Both the position numbers and the translations under genes were made by a program. From Desulfobacterales bacterium (lineage in GTDB: Bacteria > Desulfobacterota > Desulfobacteria > Desulfobacterales > Desulfosarcinaceae): 64,000 bases of DNA. Positions 58,926-64,000 of this stretch are shown here, piece after piece. The stretch lies in NCBI GenBank assembly GCA_016218685.1, contig JACRDD010000023.1:3688-67687 (forward strand), in the 5' to 3' direction. Each line of letters begins with the position of its first letter. Position 1 is the stretch's first letter. The notes beneath the pieces were generated by a model that had not been told where the DNA came from, did no database searches, and saw only the letters and a list, made by a program, of their open reading frames with translations.

Positions 58926-60266
58926 ATGCAATCGAAGGCTGTTTCCACAGGGATATTTTCGCTGATTGTCTGGATGAGTGCCGCCGGCCTGGCGCTGGCC
59001 GCGGAGCACGCACCGGTGGATACCGGCACCACGGCCTGGATGCTGACCTCCACGGCCCTGGTGCTGCTCATGGTGCCCGGGCTGGCCATGTTTTACGGCG
59101 GCCTGGTGCGCACCAAAAATGTCCTGGGGACCATGATGCACAGCTTCGTGGCCATCTCGATCATCGGCGTGTTGTGGGCCGTGTGCGGCTACTCCCTGGC
59201 CTTCGGAAAGGGCATCCTGGGCGGCTGGGTGGGCTGGAGCGGCGATTACTTCCTGCTGCGCGGCATCGACGAGAGCATCGTCAACGGCGTGCCCGAGTAC
59301 GTGCTGGCCATGTTCCAGGGCAAGTTCGCCATCATCACGCCGGCCCTGATCAGCGGCGCCCTGGCCGAGCGGGTCTACTTCAAAGGCTACACGCTCTTCA
59401 TCGTGCTCTGGTTTTTGCTGATTTACTGCCCCCTGTGCCATTGGGTTTGGGCGCCCGACGGCTGGCTCTTCAACAGCGGCGCCGCCGGCGTCATCGACCT
59501 GGCCGGCGGCCTGGTGATCCACGTATCGGCCGGCATCAGCGCCCTGATGGTGGCCCTCTACCTCAAACCGCGCGTGGGCTTTCCGCGCAGCACCATGAAC
59601 CCCAACAACCTGGTGATGACCCTCATGGGCGCCGGCATCCTGTGGGCCGGCTGGTTCGGCTTCAATGCCGGCTCCACGGTGCAAAGCGGTCTGGACACGG
59701 CCCGGGCCCTGACCATGACCCAGATCTCGGCGGCCAGCGGCGCCCTGACCTGGATGATCATCGAGGCCGTGGCCTTCCGCAAAGTCACCTCCCTGGGGTT
59801 TGTCTCGGGCATCCTGGCCGGACTGGTGGTCATCACCCCCGCGGCCGGTGTCGTGCAGCCCACCGGCGCCCTGGCCCTGGGCGCGATCTCTTCGATCGCC
59901 TGCTACTATGCCCTGCAAGTCAAGATGAAGCTGGGTTATGATGACAGCCTGGATTGCTTCGGCATCCACGGCGTGGGCAGCGGCCTGGGGGTTTTACTGC
60001 TCAGCTTCTTCATCCGCGACAGTTGGATGCAGGCCGCCGCGGCCAAGGCGGCCGGCGGTTGGAGCGCCTGGCAGCAATTGGGCGTGCAGCTCAAGGGCAT
60101 CGGTGCCACCATCGCCCTGGCCGCCATCGGCACCTGGCTGATCTGCCTGGTGGTGGACAAAACCATCGGGTTCCGCATCGACCAGGAAGGGGAGTTGCAG
60201 GGCCTGGATCAATCGTTGCACGGCGAGAGCGGGTACGGCCTCATCTTTCCCGAATCGCGGCTATAG
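58926..60266 (+). CDS. amtB: Ammonium transporter
   Basis: PGLAMFYGGLVR.KN, DLAGGLVIH, GWFGFNAGS, GLVVITP, DDSLDCFGIHG (twin His); AGGAGG RBS. Confidence 0.95.
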   Translation: MQSKAVSTGIFSLIVWMSAAGLALAAEHAPVDTGTTAWMLTSTALVLLMVPGLAMFYGGLVRTKNVLGTMMHSFVAISIIGVLWAVCGYSLAFGKGILGGWVGWSGDYFLLRGIDESIVNGVPEYVLAMFQGKFAIITPALISGALAERVYFKGYTLFIVLWFLLIYCPLCHWVWAPDGWLFNSGAAGVIDLAGGLVIHVSAGISALMVALYLKPRVGFPRSTMNPNNLVMTLMGAGILWAGWFGFNAGSTVQSGLDTARALTMTQISAASGALTWMIIEAVAFRKVTSLGFVSGILAGLVVITPAAGVVQPTGALALGAISSIACYYALQVKMKLGYDDSLDCFGIHGVGSGLGVLLLSFFIRDSWMQAAAAKAAGGWSAWQQLGVQLKGIGATIALAAIGTWLICLVVDKTIGFRIDQEGELQGLDQSLHGESGYGLIFPESRL

Positions 60267-60274
60267 TAGTGCGG

Positions 60275-60333
60275 TGTCCGTCCAGAAACGGCATCTCGCG
60301 GTCCGACCGCAACCCACCATTTCTGGACGGACA
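60275..60333. repeat. Nested inverted-repeat element (REP/MITE-like or terminator-like)
   Basis: TGTCCGTCCAGAAA...TTTCTGGACGGACA (14 bp perfect) enclosing GCGGTC-C-GACCGC. Confidence 0.6.
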
Positions 60334-60450
60334 AGAAGCTCCGCAGGGCGCCGGGATTTTGACAATTCCAGCGGCGGGCGGGCAGGGTGGCTGCTTAACT
60401 TTATTGTGATAACAGTTGCTTAAGAATGGTATTGGATCGTTGACTAAGGC

Positions 60451-60466
60451 TGGCCAAAATTTTGCA
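60451..60466 (+). promoter_or_regulatory. sigma54 promoter
   Basis: TGGCCA-AAATT-TTGCA upstream of the flavoprotein gene. Confidence 0.65.
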
Positions 60467-60524
60467 TGACTTCCTTTCGATAAGATCCCCCAGCAATTCA
60501 TCTTATTTATAAGGAGGAAAAGCA

Positions 60525-62222
60525 ATGGCCTGCGACACTGTTGAGGCAGTGGAAGTGACGCAATTGGACGTCACCCTTTGGCAACAGGGCATCCGGCGCA
60601 TTCGGGAGGCGATCGGCGCCGAGCATGTCATCGACGACAGCGAAGAGGTCGCCTATCGTTCGCGGGTCATCATTCCCTCGGCGCGCAAGCCGTCGGCCTT
60701 TCTCTACCCCAAGACGGTCGCCCAGATCCAGGAGATCGTAGGTATCGCCAACGAGCTCAAGCTGCCCCTGTGGCCGGTGAGCCGGGGCAAGAACTGGGGC
60801 TACGGCTCGGCCACGCCTTGTCAGGACGGGGCCCTGGTCATGGTGCTGGAGCGGCTCGACCGCATCCTGGAAGTCAACACCGAGATGGCCTACGCGGTGG
60901 TCGAGCCGGGGGTCACCTATCGCCAGTTGCACCAGCATCTGCTCGACCAGAATATCGACCTTTGGCTGGACTGCACCGACGGGCCGGCCGACGCCAGCGT
61001 CACCGGCAATGCGCTGGAGCGCGGCATCGGCGAGACGCCCTACGGCGATCATTTCGAAAACATCTGCGGCTTGGAAGTGGTGCTGCCCAACGGGCGCCTG
61101 ATGCGCACCGGCGGCGGCCCCATGGAGGGCTACCAATCCTGGAACTGCCACAAGTGGGGCGTGGGGCCTTACCTGGAAGGGCTTTTCAGCCAATCCAACT
61201 ACGGCATCGTCACCAAGATGGGCGTCTGGCTGATGCCCAAGCCGGAGAAGTTTGTCTCCTGTCTCTTCGAGCTCGAAAATGAGGAGGACTTTCCCCAGCT
61301 CATCGATGCCATGCGCCGCTTGCAGTTCAATGGCGCCATCCGCAGCAAGGTTCATCTGATCAATGACTTCATCATGTTCGCCGTGGTGGACAAATACCCC
61401 CACCATCTGCTGCAGGGCGGAAAATGCCTCTCGCGGGAAACCCAGCTCCAACTGCGCAAGGAGTACAACATCTCTTCCTGGACCTTTGCCGCCGGCATCT
61501 ACGGCAGCCGGGACCAGGTGCGCGCCGGCATGCGTCTGGCGAAACAGGAATTGGCACCCCTGGGCCGCCTGCAGTTCATCAGCGATGGCAAAATCAAGAC
61601 GATCCAGCAACTGACCCGCTGGCTGCAAAACCTGGGCAAGCGTTCGCTGGGTGCGACCCCGGCCAAAAAGATCGGCTGGCAGCTTTTCAAAAAGCCGCTC
61701 TCGATCATGGAATTTCTGCCCCATGTGCACGCCATCGAAAAGGGCGTTCCCAGCGATTACTTCGTCAAGCACGCCTACTACAAAAACCGCCGGCCCAAGC
61801 CGGAGGGCAAGGACATCGATCCGGCCCGCGACCATTGCGGCCTGATCTGGCTCGGCCCGATCATCCCCCTCAACGGCCGCCAGGTGACCGAAGTGCTCGA
61901 CATGGTGCGGCCGCTCTACGAGAAGTACCAGTTCGAATTCTCCACGGCCCTCATGGTGGCCAACCCGCGCAGCGTCATCGCCCTGATGTCGATCTTCTTC
62001 GACAAGCAAAACCCCGAAGAGACCGCCCGGGCCGAGCAGCTCTACTTCGAAATGGGCCGGGTCACCCAGGCCGCCGGCTACCAGCAGTACCGCACCAGCA
62101 CGGCCTACATGGACCGCATCCTGGAACCAGCCCCGGAGTTCCGCTCCCTGGCCTCCCAGATCAAAACCGCCCTGGACCCCAACAACATCATGGCGCCGGG
62201 CAAGTATGGGGTGGGGCTGTAA
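60525..62222 (+). CDS. VAO/PCMH-family FAD-binding oxidoreductase (4-cresol dehydrogenase flavoprotein-like)
   Basis: SRGKNWGYG, VEPGVTY, GNALERG.G.TPYGDH, GLFSQSNYGIVTK, QYRT, KTALDPNNIMAPGK. Confidence 0.88.
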   Translation: MACDTVEAVEVTQLDVTLWQQGIRRIREAIGAEHVIDDSEEVAYRSRVIIPSARKPSAFLYPKTVAQIQEIVGIANELKLPLWPVSRGKNWGYGSATPCQDGALVMVLERLDRILEVNTEMAYAVVEPGVTYRQLHQHLLDQNIDLWLDCTDGPADASVTGNALERGIGETPYGDHFENICGLEVVLPNGRLMRTGGGPMEGYQSWNCHKWGVGPYLEGLFSQSNYGIVTKMGVWLMPKPEKFVSCLFELENEEDFPQLIDAMRRLQFNGAIRSKVHLINDFIMFAVVDKYPHHLLQGGKCLSRETQLQLRKEYNISSWTFAAGIYGSRDQVRAGMRLAKQELAPLGRLQFISDGKIKTIQQLTRWLQNLGKRSLGATPAKKIGWQLFKKPLSIMEFLPHVHAIEKGVPSDYFVKHAYYKNRRPKPEGKDIDPARDHCGLIWLGPIIPLNGRQVTEVLDMVRPLYEKYQFEFSTALMVANPRSVIALMSIFFDKQNPEETARAEQLYFEMGRVTQAAGYQQYRTSTAYMDRILEPAPEFRSLASQIKTALDPNNIMAPGKYGVGL

Positions 62223-62240
62223 AGTGCCGGCGGCAGGCGC

Positions 62241-62576
62241 TCAGGCGAAATTAAGAATCATGCTGTCGTTGGCGCGGTAGGCTTCTGCCTCCAGGCCGGC
62301 CGCGTCCGCCACATACCCCGGCACGGCCATGCCCGAACGATGCCGCCGGTAGTTGACAAAGGTGCGCCCGTCGATGCGCACCTTCATGCCGGGCAGCGGC
62401 GCCTTCAGCGGCACCACCACATGCGTCGCGGCAAAACGCGCACTCAATTCCCCGAGGCCAAGCGCGCGCGCCTCCCGGCCGATGTCGACTTCCAAATAGT
62501 GTCTGGCATCCGGGGCAATGCGATCCTCATATTGCCGGCCGATACGATCGAGCAAAGTTTTCAACTGGGCGTCCAT
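62241..62576 (-). CDS. Hypothetical protein
   Basis: 111-aa ORF with host-like codon usage and AAGGAG RBS; motifs YLEVDIG and GMKVRIDGRTFVNY. Confidence 0.65.
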   Translation of the reverse strand: MDAQLKTLLDRIGRQYEDRIAPDARHYLEVDIGREARALGLGELSARFAATHVVVPLKAPLPGMKVRIDGRTFVNYRRHRSGMAVPGYVADAAGLEAEAYRANDSMILNFA

Positions 62577-62959
62577 ATCCACTCTCCTTTCAGGTGAGTA
62601 TATCAAACGCCCACATTCTAGTGACGTGGCCTTACTCTCCGCAAGGGCCACCCAACCACCGCCGCGGATAGATTATTAACTGTCCATTGAGAGGCCATCC
62701 CCACCAGCGAATAACTTTTTCCCGGAATAACGCGGACGTCCGCCTTACACCCATAATCACCGCAAAACCCGGACATTTCCCCCTTCCCGACCCCTCCTTC
62801 CTTTCACCGCCAGGCAATCCCCACCCAAATAAAATGAATTGATTAATCAACAAGATGCAGTTTATAAATCTATCGAATCACGACTGAATCGCTCCATCAC
62901 GACACAATCAACCCGCGGCGCCGCCTTTGCCGTCCCATCGCAATCACCGCAAAAAGCGG

Positions 62960-62985
62960 AAAGCCGGTCAATAATAATGTTGGGC
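62960..62985 (+). mobile_element. attI-like integron recombination site (core GTTGGGC, 62979-62985)
   Basis: The core is the exact reverse complement of the downstream attC R'' (GCCCAAC). No attC hairpin precedes it, and base composition shifts to AT-rich here. Confidence 0.65.
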
Positions 62986-62992
62986 TTGAAAT

Positions 62993-63895
62993 ATGATTAA
63001 CAACATTCCATCTCCTCAAGAGTTCAAAAACCATGGCATCGATTATCTAAATCTTGCGTGGGATGGCGTTATGTCTTTGTTGGTAAAGATCTACGAAGCC
63101 TGGGATGAAGACGTTGCTGTTGATTTTTGGACTGCGGCTCAACGAAGGATAGCCACTAATATTTTACTTGCTCACCAAGGCACTGAGTTTTTGCTTAAAA
63201 GTAAAATTTCAGAGATATCACCATTTCTTCTAATATCCAGAGAACCTTCACAATGGCCAAAGAATTGTACAGAACGTGATGTTGATTTCTCCGAATTTAG
63301 AACCGTAGACGCACAGGATTTGATCAAAATATCAAATACCGTGTCAACAAAATTATCGCATGAATTCATAAAACAATATGACCTGGCAAGGACTCTTAGA
63401 AATTCAATCGCGCACACTATCAAGAAAGATCTAAAATTAACCGCGAAAGAAGTTCTGGTTTATGTTTTAGAGTCAGCTAACGAATTTGTTATAGGCAGCA
63501 ATTGGTTCGAACTCCGGCGAGAATGGGCAGGTCGAGAAATAGAAAGTGTCTTAGCTTACGACAGTGATTATTCGTCTGTGTTGGCAAAAGAAGCTGCAAT
63601 AGCGATAAGCGAATTGAATTCTTCTCAAATCGAAAGATATTTTGGGTTAAGCAAAAAACGTAGACGATATAATTGCCCCAATTGCGTATATTCGTATAAA
63701 TGGGGTGTTTTAGAGAATGCGAAAACCGCAGTCCTTGAACCGAACACACCCATATCGCAAAAGATATACTGCTTTGTATGCGGAAAAACGACTGAGGTTA
63801 TTAGGAAAGACTGTGGCTTTGATAGATGCAAGAGCAATGTTATTTGGCAACATAAAGATTTATGTCTAACTTGCATGAATGGAGAAGCGGATTGA
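62993..63895 (+). CDS. Integron cassette protein, HEPN-like (RxxxxH) with C-terminal Cys8 zinc-binding region
   Basis: AT-rich ORF; HQGTEFLLK helix; RNSIAH; CPNC, CFVC, CGFDRC, CLTC. Confidence 0.7.
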   Translation: MINNIPSPQEFKNHGIDYLNLAWDGVMSLLVKIYEAWDEDVAVDFWTAAQRRIATNILLAHQGTEFLLKSKISEISPFLLISREPSQWPKNCTERDVDFSEFRTVDAQDLIKISNTVSTKLSHEFIKQYDLARTLRNSIAHTIKKDLKLTAKEVLVYVLESANEFVIGSNWFELRREWAGREIESVLAYDSDYSSVLAKEAAIAISELNSSQIERYFGLSKKRRRYNCPNCVYSYKWGVLENAKTAVLEPNTPISQKIYCFVCGKTTEVIRKDCGFDRCKSNVIWQHKDLCLTCMNGEAD

Positions 63896-63967
63896 GCCCA
63901 ACCATAGTTTGCACTCGGATTGCCTACACGCTTCGCGTTTCGGCAACCGGTGAAACTCACGTTCTAT
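63896..63967 (+). mobile_element. Integron attC site
   Basis: R'' GCCCAAC-N5-L'' TTT(G)CAC(T)CGG(A)TTGCC...GGCAACCG-L' GTGAAA-N5-R' GTTCTAT, directly after the stop codon, with typical extrahelical bases. Confidence 0.88.
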
Positions 63968-63975
63968 GCCAGGAA

Positions 63976-64000
63976 ATGAATGAAGAATTGGTTCAAAAAA
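63976..64000 (+). CDS. Start of a probable second cassette ORF (partial)
   Basis: ATG AAT GAA GAA TTG GTT CAA AAA directly after the attC R' site. Confidence 0.4.

Noticed and set aside
62839-62850. FNR box
   Set aside because: TTGAT-N2-ATCAA has the wrong spacer (FNR needs N4).

Overview
GC-rich chromosomal window, probably from a Desulfobacterota (Desulfobacterales-like) bacterium; this taxonomy is inferred from gene content only. From left to right: the 5' end of a NifA-like GAF/sigma54 activator; a Fic-wHTH gene between intact lipA and a decayed copy of the lipA 3' end; gcvH-gcvPA-gcvPB-lipB-lipA; a GldA/F/G-like ABC operon with a DUF4340-like gene; an LMW phosphatase and an HTH/Zn-ribbon regulator; a degenerate NtrC-like protein coupled to a B12-radical SAM gene that may start at ACG; sucA-sucB-lpdA; a RelE/ParE toxin-antitoxin module; NDP-forming acyl-CoA synthetases, an SDR and a serine hydrolase; an ArsS/AhpD/MerA-like/TVP38 cluster; a TetR-controlled MMPL/outer-membrane protein/lipoprotein/LolA-like operon; several signalling genes, four of them behind sigma28 (FliA)-type promoters, including three tandem paralogous hybrid kinases; a TAXI-TRAP transporter; amtB and a VAO/PCMH flavoprotein, each behind a sigma54 promoter. 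At the right end an integron cassette array begins (attI-like site, a HEPN-like/Zn-finger cassette, a canonical attC, then the start of a second cassette) with no integrase beside it. No rRNA, tRNA or CRISPR array was seen. The best novelty candidates are the integrase-less cassette array with its candidate defence RNase, the lipA-integrated Fic islet, the FliA-driven set of partly pseudo-enzymatic signalling proteins, and the MMPL envelope transport operon.
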